Assembly: GCA_009103225.1 (NCBI GenBank)
Contig: RHPI01001020.1
Coordinates: 43,504-107,503 of the forward strand
Length of the DNA: 64,000 nt
Direction: 5' to 3'
Source: Chlorokybus atmophyticus
Taxonomy: Eukaryota; Plantae; Mesostigma and Chlorokybus algae
The notes beneath the pieces were generated by a model. The model worked only from the letters and a program-made list of their open reading frames with translations. It did not search any database and was not told where the DNA came from. The translations under genes and the position numbers were made by a program. The stretch's first letter is position 1. Every line of letters starts with the position of its first letter. This document shows, in pieces, positions 48,848-62,142 of this stretch.

Positions 48848-51828
48848 TTAGACAATGAGCTCTACCGCCTCGCGCACCCGGGCTTGATCACTTACCGACA
48901 AGTTGCGCAATCCATTGATGGATCGCAGAGAGACACCGCCTCGCAGCTGCAGGCAGTGGATGTGATGGTGCGTAGGAGGATGGCCCTGCACATCCAAGTA
49001 TGGCACAACAGTTAGCACCAAACAGCAGAGACACTCAGCACAACTTCTCCTCCCCTCTTAAGGAGTTTGGGGTAGGTTGACTATCAAAACCACTATCATA
49101 GGTGTTAAGAGCATGCAACGATCACATACATCACAGGCGGGCGCATCTGATGCTGCACAACATGTACCAACCTCAGGAGCTACGGTAAAGTATGGCTGCC
49201 TTGTTAGTATGTGTGCATGGCAGGTGTGACAGGGGAATCTTCCATTGCGGGCATATTCAACCTGCCAGTGGAACACCATTGTCAATAACAATACGGTTAG
49301 GTGATGCAGGCCAGACTGCTGATGATGCTAATTTACTCACCGAATAAGTGCACCGCCTTGACGACCCGGCGCCGCCAGCACTCTGAGGTCTTCGCTGAAC
49401 ACGTGGCGGTGGTACAGCATGCTGCCTCTCAGATGGAGGAAATAATCCTAGCGGGAGGTGTTGGAGCATGCGCAATACATGTGAGGGTGATGGAGCTGTC
49501 ATGCAGAAGACGCTGTTAGCATGCAAACAGAAATCACCACGAATGCTGCATCACAAAGAATGTGCTCTGACTATCCTGTCACTTTGGAGAGGATGACCAG
49601 GTCACAACTATGACATGAACTAAACTACTCACCACGGAGATCTGACATGTGGATGACATGGGAAGGGTAGTGTCCAAAAGGAATCTCTGTTCCCATGCGC
49701 GGGTGGTGGTGTCTGCTGCGAGGTGATTGTCGCTTCTTCATTTGCTCAAACACCTTCTTCCGCCTTTCGCGTTCTGCCCTTTCGGCATCCGTCATATGCT
49801 GCAGCACACGTGTGCTGAGAAGGCTGGCGTAGCCTCGAGGCATAACGTTCACACGATGCAAAACCAAAGTACTTACCGATGCCATTCGGTCAATAACATT
49901 ATCAATCGTCCTCACAGCAACGGGAGGGCCAGTGACTCTTTCTCGGCAAGTTGGGCAGGTGTCATTCTTATTTAGCCAGGGTGTGATGCAGTCGCCACAA
50001 ACTGCAAACAAGAAGGACTGAGCACGCAGGCAGCAACCATTGACAACATACACAGACAACAATCTGTCAAACATGACAAGGAAAGGACATATGGTACGTA
50101 CATGTGTGTGAGCACGACAGCGTGTGTGCTGCAATGAGCCACTCCCGGCAGATGACACACTCAAATTCTTCGCCCAAAAGCTCCATGGCTGTATTCGTAG
50201 TATCCTCCTTGCGTGGTTCAGTTGCGGACGCTGGTACCTATTGAGGTACCAACATAAACGTGGGGTCAACAACCTAACACAAAACACCTCAACAGAGCAC
50301 AGTTGCCCGCTGCAGTGACAACCACAAACCTCACATTAACTACTGCCCGGCTTACCGTGGCATCCTGCTGCCTTGGTCGTTTAGGTGATGAGAGAGTCAA
50401 ATCCTCTTCTGCCCGGTTGCGCTTGCGGCGTGAAGCTGCTGCCTTATCAAGGTCTAGCAGAGTGGCTTGTTGCAAGCCAGGGCGTGCATGTCGTTCCCGC
50501 CAAGCGGAGGACGGACCAGGCTGTGCCGCGTGTGGCACGGCAGGCGGCTCTGCCGTGAGGTCTACTGTGCGTGTCGATGCAGCCTCGGGACCTAAAACTT
50601 CGGCATCATCGGTGAGATCTACCACTAGATCGACAGCCCTGCAGCTGCTGGAGTTGCCCCTTGCATCCACTGCTGAGAAAGACAGCTAGCATTAAAACCA
50701 AATGCATGAAGAACATAAAACACTGACACAATACTTGGACAGACAACAGCAGTGCAGATTCTCTAGTTCACCCTGGTTAGCATGCAGCAACTGGTTCGTC
50801 AAACGAGTTCAGAGCTGGTTCCCCAATGGGCAACCAAGTAAAGCTAGTCAACCAGGCAATATAGGCCAATAGGGCTGCAACTATATGATGTTACTGACCT
50901 GTGGCCTTGCCGGGACGCTGAATGCGGTGACCTGAAGCACTAGCCAGCTCAGCGGCATCCTCCGGGCTGCTTTCTCGTCTCACAAGTTGGTCAGAAGCAT
51001 CGGCTTCAAACCGGTATATAAAGGGGTTGCAAAACTCTCCACCCTCAGTGTTAATCAACACCTGCACAAAAGGGTCAGTCACTTCACCAGCTCGCTGGCT
51101 GTGTGTGGATGTTCAGTTTTGAACTGATGTATAGCGCACTGTTTATTTCTCTTCACAACGAAAAGAGAATGCCAAGCAAGCAATCAAACCACAAAGACTG
51201 GTCTGAAACACCACATTCTAAGAAGGCGCAGCACCTGGCACGCGAAGATACATGCACAGGCTGGTTGCAATGTGTAAACAACCAACCCTGTGCATGCATA
51301 TACGCAGGCACGTAGATGCATGGTAATGATGACGAACCTGTGGACCGAAGGAGACTATGTCGCCATGGTTGAGTACTGTGGGCGAAGAAACGCGCCCGTT
51401 ATTAACAAAACAGCCGTTGAAGGACTGTTGATCTTCTAACACGAACTGGCCCTCATGCCGCCTCTTCACAACAGCGTGCTTCCTGGACAGCAGCGCCGGA
51501 GCCTACACCAAGAGCAATTCGTCAACGTCACAATAGCATCAAGCCACGTAAACTAAACACATGCTCGTGACAATCTGACGAGAACGACAAACGTTTGCAA
51601 GTCACAAATTCCAAGGTTAAGATTGTCATCAACGACATCAAAGCACATACAACAGCAGCTAGGGTTTCCTGTAACGTTACTTACGGTAGCGGAGCTGAGC
51701 CGAAGCTGGCAGGAGGGGTTCCTGCCAATAGAGACGCTGTTCCCGTGATCGCTGAGCCTTACAAGTTCCGGGACGCCGCTTCCACCAGCAGCCGCAGCGC
51801 CTTCCTGCTGCCGGAACAGCCGCAGCAT
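48848..51828 (-). CDS. FHA + RING E3 ubiquitin ligase (RNF8/CHFR-like) with SIM-like motifs and a C-terminal PARP-type zinc finger
   Basis: Spliced: FHA (SIGRNPSC..LSRKHA..SFNGCFVN..LNHGDIVSFG); VDLVVDLTDD and VDLT; RING CVICREWLIAAHTLSCSHTFCGDCITPWLNKNDTCPTCR; VEYARNGRFPCHTC..HIHC..INGLRNLSVSDQARV. Confidence 0.85.
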
Positions 51829-52077
51829 CGCCTACTACTAGCTACACCTCACGTCGGACGGTGTACCACCAGGTCAGTACAACCCCAAAAACGAACTCTC
51901 TGGAACGCCTTTCAAGCTTCCTAATCACCCAGACAATGACAAGCCCGCCCCCGCCCACACCGTGGCCTACGCCGCGGAGCTTACGTGGCGCCGTGTGCTG
52001 ACATCTTAAACCCCTGGTCCCAGATCAGACTTCGTCTATAAGATACTGGGACTCTTTTGGGCTTGAGTTGGGACTAT

Positions 52078-52110
52078 TTTGGGTTTAGGGATTAGGGTTA
52101 GGGTTCAGGA
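52078..52110. promoter_or_regulatory. Telomere-like (telo-box) repeats in a divergent promoter/5' UTR
   Basis: tttgggtttagggattagggttagggttcagg lies between the head-to-head RING gene and NUP93. Confidence 0.55.
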
Positions 52111-52176
52111 CTTGGGTTTATGCGGGAGGAGGGGTGGAAGGAGGAGGGGGAGGGCGGCGGCGCTTGCCTCTCCGGG

Positions 52177-55100
52177 ATGGCCGGGAGGCAATGGGAGGCG
52201 TTGCTGTTGCAGAGCAGCGACCTCGCCGCCGCTGCGGCTGTCCGCAAGGATGCCGCCCCTGCCCTGGGCACCACAGGCATCCCGCTCATTGAGCGCAGCA
52301 TAGACCAGCTTGAGGCGCTCTCTCGCCAGCTACGGGAGCGGTCTGGACCTGCTGGAGACGCTGGTAAGCACATGCAAGTGTGTGTGAAGTCAGTCGTTTG
52401 ACCTGAGCATGCGCTTTCACTGCTAAGCTCTGTTTTGAGGCCCCGTGCCTGGTGTGCAAGCGATGCAGAGCGTGCATGAATTGCATTTGAACGTTGGCAG
52501 CATTGGTTGCATTTCTACTCAAGTCAACAAAAACGCTACACAATCGTGTTCACGCTTGGGTTGTGTTAACTTGTGTACATTGTGTGTTATCTAGTCTCTA
52601 CGCGTCATTCTGCTTGGTGTGCGGACAGGAAGCAGTGCGCACAACTTGTATACGCCGCCACTATGATATGTTGTTTCCCTGCGCTATTGCTACCACTGCA
52701 TGGCCTGTGTATGTGCAAGCAGCATTCAGGTACACGCTAACAGCACGCATGGTCTGACCGCATCATCACAACAAGAACCATCTCCTGGCAGACACATCAA
52801 AGAGCATCGCTGCCATTCGGCTCTTGGCGAGGGAGGGTGTGGATGCGGACAGGCTCAGCCGAGAGTTGCGAAGCTTCGAGCTGCGCGCGTCCGTGGACGA
52901 TGTGTTTCCCATTGATCACACACCAACATCCTTGCCAGAATACCTGAAACACCTGCACCAAGCAACACTGCTCACAGCCATCCACCAGGTGGGTTTGCCA
53001 CAGTGACGTGTGCATGCACTCTTTTGGTGCTTATCACCAACAGGGCATAGAGTATATTGGTGTCTTTCAGGCGCAAGCGCTTGCAAATGAGAGGTTTGAG
53101 GCCTTCATGGCGAACGCCATGCGCAGAGACTACGACAAAGAGAAGAGGCAATTTTTGCAATCGTTTGGCCGGTTACTCGCTTCGCCTTCTGTTCCCACCT
53201 CAACCTCTGTACAAGCAGTTCCAACACCAGGTGCAGCTCCCACAAAAGCCGCTGCATATGCTCAGGCTGTCAAGTCGCTTAATCAAGCAGTCACAAGTGG
53301 ACAACAGTTTGAGGTGGGTGTTCACATACCTTGGCAACAGACATGAATGAGTCTCATGTGGGCATTGTGTTATGTTACACGCTCAGTTGGTGACACTAAC
53401 CATTATATGCTGCAGGTGGTTTCAAGCTGTTTAGAGGCGTCCACTATGGGCGTGTCACGAGATCAAGCTGCAGCTCTTACCAACGTGTGGCGCCTGCTGG
53501 ACTGCTTAGTCAATGGAGCCGACAGCGTGCTTGGGCAGGTGCTGCATTGTGTACGGTCAATGCCGTGATACCGCTTGCATGCATGTTTATTGCGTCTTGT
53601 TGTTACGCAAGCGCAGGTGCGTGGAGCGCGAAGCTTTCTGGAGCAGGGCCACGTACAGTACATCATGGATGTCATCAACTCGCATCCATCACAGGTACGC
53701 TGCTTACTTCACAACAGCAATAGCCAGCTTGTGCGTTGCTGTGTTGTTATGTTGCTGCATGCCAGTCGTGTTGATGACGCCAGGGTGCTGCAATGCTTGC
53801 ACATCAATCACAATAGGCGCGATTGGGCGGGGCAACCAGCACCATAGACCGCATCAAGGCCTTTCTGCGTGTGAAGTTGAGGGATCAGGGGCCCCTGGAC
53901 TTTGATGCAGAGAGCAGCAATGCCCGCTCCCCTCCAATTGACACAACGTGGTATCAAATCTTCTACTGCCTCAGATCCGGTTACTATGACGATGCTCTAC
54001 AGGTAGGGTGCATGATGTGACGTCAACATGCATTTGCAGTCACTCTCGCATGCGCGTACTTGACTGCAACTGCGTACACACGCGCACGCATGCACATATA
54101 CACCTATTTACACGCATGCACGCATGTTGGTCCAATTCTTTGCAGGTTGCAAAGAACTCGAGAGCATTGTCAGCCGCACGTGGAGGGGCTAGTTTTTCAG
54201 CAGCGCTTGCCGAATGGGTGCATAGCAAGGGTGTGGTTTCCAGTGCGACAGCTGAACCAGTGGCGGCTGAGTGCGAACGCATGCTCAGAACAGCAGACCG
54301 GCAGGTTGATAGCACATTGCAATGTCTGCAGTAAGCTTGTGTTGTTTTGTGTCCCAGTTGTAGGGACTTCTTGCTGCTGCCAGGGTCGACCAAGCTATGA
54401 ACGAATAAAGCTGCTGGTTTACGCAATTGTTGCGGGTCATTGGCGTGCAGTGGACAGGCTGCAAGTTGACACTCCCAGCCTGTTCAACACCATCCAAGAC
54501 TTCATGTGGGTCAGGCTAGCATTGATACAGAAGGATGAGTCCACGTCTCCCAATGACTACACCATTAAGGATCTGCAGTTCTACCTGCGACAGTATCCGC
54601 CATCACATTACAACAAGAACGGACTAGACCCTTTGCTATATGGCCAAGTGAGCGTCACAATGTGTGTGTGTGTGTATCTCGCACCGTGTACTTGTGCTGA
54701 TTATGTGTTTGCAGGTGTTGCTGCTCAGCCTTCAGTATGGTGACTTCTTGGCATATTTGGCTCGCGATCGCGTCACCGAGCCGTACCGCGTGGACGCTGT
54801 GCATTTCGCCATAGCCCTTTCCCACTACGGGGTAAGGTGTTCAAGCATGGCTTGTCAGTCCGAGCGCGCTAGTGTGTGTTTGTTTCTGACAGGTTTGCTG
54901 CTTGCAGTTGCTGCGATCCCGCACCGATGCCATGGACGAGTCCATCGACGTGGTGGCGGATCCAACGGCTTACATCCGCCAGTATGGCGAGAGCTTCCTC
55001 GCAACAGACCCCGCCACCGCCATGGAGTACTTTGCTTGCGCAGCGCGCGCTGCCGGTCCGCAGGGGGAACACGAGGAGCTGCTGGTAGGCCCTTCATTTC

Positions 55101-56210
55101 TTTGTAATGTGTGTGTCCCCGTGTGCGCGGGTGCAAGCGTGCGTGCGCGCGCACGCATGTATGAATCCCTGTCTCTTTACCTGTTTCATGTGTGTTTAGG
55201 CGATGTTCACCGAGCTTCTGGTGTCGCCCGGAGGTTTGCAGTTGCTTCCTTCTGGCGATCGCCCTGGTGAGATCGAGCGCTTTATCAAAGACAGGAATGA
55301 CTTGCGCAAGATCATCCTGGACGCTGCTTACCATTGCGAAACCAAGTCCATGTTTGATGAAGCCATTGAGCTGTACCACCGTGCCGGTAAGGCGTATACA
55401 AGTGGTGTATTCAGAGCCTGTTTTCATCAGTGCCGATGACACCGGCCACTTTGGTATTGATGCCCTACTTATCAATGCATGATAGGGGCACCCATTCTGG
55501 CTTTGGCTGTTGTCAACCGAAAGCTTGCCGATGCGATTCAAGTGGGAGGAGGCACGCTGGCAATCAAGCCGCTGCCACCCCAGGAATGGCAGCAACTCAA
55601 GCGACGTGGTAGGCTTACATTGAAGGAAAACTGTGGCACATCATTTGGTGCATCTGTCTGGGTTCATGTAAGCAACCGATGTGTTGTGTCTGCCAGGTGA
55701 TGAGTTGAGACAGGACATTGAGTTTGCTTCCTCGCGCATGAAGGAGGCAGATTACAACGACGGGAGGCTGCAGATACAGACGTTTGAGCAGCTTTGGCAT
55801 CTGTATGAGTTTGCTCGCGCCTACAGCGAGAGGAGGTGAGCCACATGTCGTGCCACAACTCTCAAGCCACTCACACATTACTGCATAGCGTTTGCAGTAT
55901 ACATGCGGCACACATGTTCACAACCCGCAGGCTCTCAGATTCGTTGGCGTTGTTGGAGAAGCTGTCCTTTTTACCTTTGGAGACTCAGCGTGTGGAGTTG
56001 TGTCGCGCTGGTTTGGAGTCGCTGGACCAGTCCGTGGCATCAAAGCTGCCGGCGGTGCTGCTGGTCGCAGCCGAGCTTCTGTTCAAGCAGCATCGCTCAG
56101 GCGTGCCGGCAAAAGAGCAATTGCGAGCCCTCATGCAGTTTGCTACGGGGTTGCAGCTGCCGCCGTTTGTAGTGCAAAGACTTGCAGAAATAAATGGAAT
56201 GGTTGCGTGA
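52177..56210 (+). CDS. NUP93: Nuclear pore complex protein NUP93/Nic96, multi-exon
   Basis: IPLIERSIDQLE, ARSFLEQGH.QYI, PPIDTTWYQIFYCLRSGYY, LFNTIQDFMWVRL, DAVHFAIAL and SLALLEKLSFLP match plant-type NUP93. Confidence 0.93.
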
Positions 56211-56379
56211 TATGTTGCACTGCTCCATGCTAGATTTTGGTGTAAATGCCGCGCGCGCGTTGTCTGTGTGTGTACGTGTTTGCGTAGTTCACATCATCTC
56301 ATCATTGTCTCTGTTATTTTGGACATTATCACAAGCTCGCGGCAAGCGTGGTATACAATGCTAAGAGTTTGCTGCTAGG

Positions 56380-58365
56380 TGGCAAACCCTGGACCCACTT
56401 AATTGCAACACAAATATTACAACACCAACAGGCCAAATCCCAACGCGACAACTCCCGCCAACATGAGCAACAGTGCAGCAACTCCACGTGTCCCATATGC
56501 GCCATTGGGGCTCCCGGCGCCCGTCTTCGGGGGCGGAGGAGGAGGCGCACGGGCGACAGGCGTGCCGGGCGGGGGAAGCCCTGACACATCCACTCAAAAT
56601 CAGGCTTCCGTCATGCTCACTCACCACAGCAGCATAGATGCCACTAATCATGTCCACAATACAAATGACAACGACAACAATGACGACGACATCAACAGTG
56701 GTGCGCTGTGAGTTGATCTTCCTCAGACCTGGAGGTGGGCGCGGGGGAGGCGGCGGAGGTGTTTGTGCCGGCAGAGCATCGGGAACTGTTTGTACCGTCA
56801 TCAACAAGTAAGTCTTGCGCAAGACATCATATCACTCACATACGTGGTGTGATCTGAGTGGGCATTCCCCGTCCACATTTACTGTATACACGCGCACCAC
56901 CCGAGCACTTACCGTTGCAGTAGTTTTTGACGGTTGAAGGCGTGCCGGGCGTGCAGCAGACTATCGGCCCTTGGAGCACGCTGGTATCGATACCCGACGA
57001 CACCATTGTCTGCATGTTGAGCATTGTGTATCATATGTGTATCAGATCATCATGATGTGTGAAATGTAGCATCACGCGCATGCGTTCACAACCTCAAACT
57101 CACCTGATAAGTCTGGCTGCTGTTGGCATAAAAGCCGCCGTATTGGGCATTAAGCTGCCCCATTGTCACATTCTGTTACACGCGACAGACGTGTGCTGTA
57201 TGTCATTTCATCAGAGATGGGTTGTCTTCCAGCCAACAACAAAAGCAAGCAGTTGAATGTTGGGATCCCCTTTGGTTATATATCACCTGTGTGCAGGAAA
57301 TGTTGCCTGTGACACATCCAAATGCTTGCACCGTATCGGAGAAGCTCACGCTGGAACTTGTGCCTGTGTTTGCGTGCAAGGAGAGTACACAACAAAGTGA
57401 GATAGTGTTCCCGCCACAATGCACATGAGCCCAGTCAGCTTTCACTCACTGACTAGGCTGGCTTTGAAACACGCCGTTGCGCCCGATGGACATGTAAGCT
57501 GCGTGTGACAGCAACAACTGTTAGTTAAGAGGTATTACGACTCGGTGAAGCAGCCTGGAACATGATGTATCTATTCAATGACTACAGTGGTGAGTGTACT
57601 TGCGGACACGTGCATACACCCACGCACACGTACGCAGTCACGCACACACGCACCCACACGCGCGCATGCGCATGCACACATACATACGGATTTGCGTACC
57701 GCGGAGCATCCTGCGCCGTTGCTGCACTGGTTGCGCTGATAGTCCAGCCCAGCTATGCACCCGATCGCCTCAACTGATCACACGAGACAGTATGAGAGAG
57801 GGACGAACATCAATACAAACAAGTTGGATGACTATTTCACGCTTGTCGTACTTCGTTTTAACACAAACACGCATCTTGATGGTCAACATGTGACGAGAAG
57901 ACGTCAGCATGTGACATACTCACATAATTATGCAACATGTGACGATTATAGCCACCTATAACCGTTTCACATGCTGGTCATTCTAAAACCACAAAACTGT
58001 GTGTGTGTATCTCTGCAGGCACAAAAGTCACTGGAGAATAATAGACAACCACCACCACCAAAACAACGTTTTCCCGCTGGTGACCCACCACAATGGCAAC
58101 TGCCCATTGTCCATCCGTCAATGAGCAAATGATCAACAGACGGAGTGTAGTACAAGTACACGAGTGCATCCACCGATGTGAACGATGAGAACAGTTACTC
58201 GATCCATCGGTAATGTGTTGGCTGATGGGCTGATCAGTAAGGAATGAATGAATGAACGGATGAATGAATGTATATAACGAGGTGTGATGGTATCACCTGT
58301 TGGCACAGCTGCCCACGCCAGCAGCAATCCCAACAAGCTGGCGATCAGCACCGCCCTCCCCATCG
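56380..58365 (-). CDS. Putative secreted Cys-rich protein with Pro-rich stalk and C-terminal hydrophobic (GPI/TM) tail
   Basis: Signal-like MGRAVLIASLLGLLLAWAAVPT; small Cys-containing exons (GCIAGLDYQRNQCSNGAGCSA, FGCVTGNISCTQ, CCTPGTPSTVKNYCNGKC); tail PPPPPPKTGAGSP..VAALLLMLAGVVALGFGLLVL*. Exon structure only partly resolved. Confidence 0.55.
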
Positions 58366-58806
58366 CTTCACCAGCAGCAGGCAGGAGACTAGACAGGTGA
58401 TGCAGTGACTCGAGTTTCTTTTGACTGTTTTGTTTGCATTGCATTGTTGTGCCCCCCTCAACAAGAAACTGCACAGCTCAAGAGCTGAGAGTCACGTGAC
58501 TGTGGGGGGGGCTGTGGTACGTACAGCGTGTACTGGTACGTACAACCGTGTATGGTACACTGTACCTGTTGTACCTGTACGGGTACTGGTACAACAGGGC
58601 GTTTTGTACCAGTGTACGTGGTGTGCAGCGTGACGTGGCCGGCATTGACAGCGGCGGCGGCGGCGGCGGCAGAGCGAAGCTGCCAGAGTATTGAAGCTAC
58701 CATATCAAGCGACACAGGCCACCTCAGGTCTTGTTCATCGCCGCCGCCGCCGCCTCCTCTGCTTCTTGCTACAGCAGCAGGGAAAGCACACAGAGGGGTT
58801 GCAAGG

Positions 58807-58942
58807 ATGTCTGCTTCCGGCACCGCCGCCGAGGCCGCCAATGGCCAGGCGGAGGGCAACAAGTTGGTGCTGTGGAACTGCTTTGCGTGTCCATGGGCGC
58901 ACAGAGCATGGATAGCCATGCTGGAAAAGGTACACATTGGCG

Positions 58943-58974
<32 letters not shown>

Positions 58975-60537
58975 GGTGGTGGTGGTGGTGGTGGTGGTGC
59001 TGTTGTTGGGGGTGTGCTCGGTGTTGTTATTGTTGAACAAGTTTCTTGATAATGAGAGTTGGCGCAGTGTTGATTACTTTTTCATGCAGGGTGTGGATCA
59101 CGCGATGGTGATGGTGGATCTGCGCGACAAGCCTCAGGCCTTCCTGGACGCCTACGCACCCGCCCACGCCGACCCCAAGGTGACCCCCCTTATCCTCCTC
59201 CTCATCTACCATCACTACCACCATCATCAACATCAACATTGTGTTGTGTTCGTTGGTTCGAGTGGCGCATTACATGCATGCGGGTTGCCCTGCATGTATC
59301 TCACACAAGGATATAGTAGACAATTGCTTGCTGTTGTCCTTGTCCGTGCTCAGATGTATGCACTGCATGTAACCCGATGTCAGCGTTGATCAAATGCCAA
59401 CCCAACTCCTGAAGTTCCTGAGGGTTGACGTCGGTATGCGTGCAGGCAAGGGCAAAGGTGCCGACGCTGCAGCACGGTGATGCCACGCTCATCGAATCCG
59501 CTCTTGTCGTCGAATACCTCGACGAAGCCTTTCCCAACCAGGCACGCGCGCATGCATGTGTGCATGTGCACGTATGTGTCCATGAGTGCATGTGTGCATG
59601 TGTTCACACAACTCCTCACTGCAGGGCACCCGACTATACCCTTCCGACCCCTTATCTCGCTACCTCATCCGCCACTTTACTGAAGTCTTCACAACTGCTG
59701 TATTGAATCCAGCCTCCAGTTTAAGCGCCGCCTCCACCGATGACGAGATCATTCAACACAAGGCCGACTGGATCGACGGGCTCGGACTGCTTGATAAACA
59801 TCTAAGGAAGTTTGGGAATGAGGAGGGAGGGAGTTATTTGTTGGGGGGGACGTATAGCGCGGCGGAGGTGCTCACGGCGCCATTTGTGCTGAGGTAGGTG
59901 GGGGTGGGGGGGTGGGGGGGTGCGTGTGCGTGTGGGTGGGTAGGTGTGGGTGTGCGTGCGTGCGTGCGAGGGCTCGTCCGTGCACACGCTTGCGTGCACA
60001 GATGCATGTGTGTGCACCCACCCGTCTCGAATGCGTACGTGTAGTGTGCGCGTGCATGCGCAAGAAATGTGATTCAATGCTGCTTGTGGAGTGCAGTGAT
60101 CTGTTTCTGGAACATGAGCTTTGTCTCTCTTGTTGCACACACGAGTAACCACATACAGGTTTGATTTGTATCTCAGGTGGATGCTGAGGCTGCCCCTCTT
60201 CCGCGACATCCACCTTATGGACATCCTCGCCGAGCTAGGTACAACCAACCAACTCACCAACACAACTGTTTCACCTGCACTTGTGTCACACAAGCCAGTC
60301 TGTAAACGCAGCAACACAATGTGCATCACTAGCACCCATACACACATACCCACGTATGCATCCACGTATGCAGGTTATGATAGGTTGTCGCGGTGGGTTG
60401 AAGCGGTGGAGTCTCGCAAGTCCTCGCGGGCAACATGGACGGAAGAAGTCAAGCACGAGAACCTTGCGGTCGCGCGCTACAACTTCAAGTATGTGCCGGC
60501 TCACCTGGACGAGCAGCTCAAGGCAAAGGGATTGTAG
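58807..60537 (+). CDS. Cys-type glutathione S-transferase (omega/lambda-like), multi-exon
   Basis: CFACPWAHRAWI, KVPTLQHG..LIESALVVEYLDEAF, LYPSDP, YLLGGTYSAAEVLTAPFV, LSRWVEAV. Confidence 0.9.
58943..58999. repeat. Compound (GTT)n(GGT)n microsatellite in GST intron 1
   Basis: Seen directly in the sequence. Confidence 0.9.
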
Positions 60538-60893
60538 TAATGTGTGCTTGTGTGTATTGGTAGGTAATTGTAATAAACTGGCAAAAGTGGGCTTCACCTT
60601 ATGTGTACCATGATGACAAGTCTTTTGGATAAGATGGCCATTTCTTGCGCCTAGTGGGTTGTAATGATTTTGTTGATGCTGATGGCGATGTTGTAGTGTT
60701 GGTAGTATTGCCTTTCAATCTTGCACAACACTTGCCGCCAGGACCTTGCATGTTTAAATAGGTGTTAAGGCTGTTAAACAACCTTATGGGTGTGACATTG
60801 CTAAACTAGCCATGGATCAAGCACATTATAATTGCTAATGCAGTGTTGAAATTGTCAATCTTGTAGGGGGGGGGGGGGCAGTTGTAGGGACTT

Positions 60894-60982
60894 NNNNNNN
60901 NNNNNNNNNNNNNNNNNNNNNNNNNNNNNNNNNNNNNNNNNNNNNNNNNNNNNNNNNNNNNNNNNNNNNNNNNNNNNNNNNN
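60894..60982. other. Assembly gap near poly-G tracts
   Basis: N run. Confidence 1.
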
Positions 60983-62142
60983 GGGGGGCACAAGTGATGG
61001 TTCATATAGAAATCGAGTTGTAAACATTGTGGTAATGACGATTTGCATCAAGGAGCATACACGCCGTGTCCATTTCTCGTTGTGGACCTTGATTATATGC
61101 ATTAAAACAAAACAAATTGTAGCAAAATGTAATTGCAACTCCGATAATGCGTCGAATAATCGTTCTTGGAAGAGTTGGCAAGCACGCGGTTGCTGCTCCC
61201 GGCAAAAGTTCCCCAATCTATGGTTACTTTAATGGTACTTGACTGCTTGCGGATTTGCTTTATAACATTTCAAAAACACTTCATAACATGTCTTCATCTT
61301 AACATTTGTAGGAGGCATTCAGTAACAATTATGTGACACTCAGATGGTTGCCATTTTCTGTGTTGCATGCTACAATAATAACATAATTGACAAAACTCCT
61401 TTATCAAAATTCATGAGAGTCAATGCGAATTCCACAATGAGCAAAGCACATAACGCTTCTCAATCTGAATGTGAAGATTTATCTCTGCAAAGGCATGTTA
61501 ACAATTCTGAACACGCGAAATCCAATACTTTGCAATGTTTTATGCACTACATGCAAAACTTGCACAAGCGTAATTGTTGTGTGCACCGTACTTTTTATTA
61601 ACGGCCGCATGCTTAAACGCATCCCGCATCGAAATTTATGTACATTGTATAATCAGCAACATGCTACGACACTAACATTCCTTGTAATGAACACCATGTC
61701 AACTTTCCGTCTCTTTCCACATAGCCAGCAGATTCATGAGCAGTCGGGACGCTAATGGGAAGATGCTTATGCCGGCTGTCTGAGATTGACCAGACGGACG
61801 GTTGCAATGCAGTCTGGCGACGTCGATTTGGGGCACCCAAGTGTGAACGCAACTGATCGACAGCGTGGTTCTCGATGAGATCAGGGCACACGGTCGGCGC
61901 TGTTTTGGCCGGGACTGCCGTCTTGAACGGCTGTCAATCAGCTCCGACCGTTGTGGACATATGTCTGTTGGCGTGTTTAGTCGTAGCAAACAGCCGTTTT
62001 GTTGGCCCTGTTGTATCGATGGGATGTGTGGCTTGCTGTTGTATCAGCGCTGCACCGCATCGTGATATCGGTGTGGGTCAACGGTGGGCGATTCAAATGC
62101 TGGTAGAGTTGGCGGCGAGCATTCAGTGTGGTCTGTGTGCTG

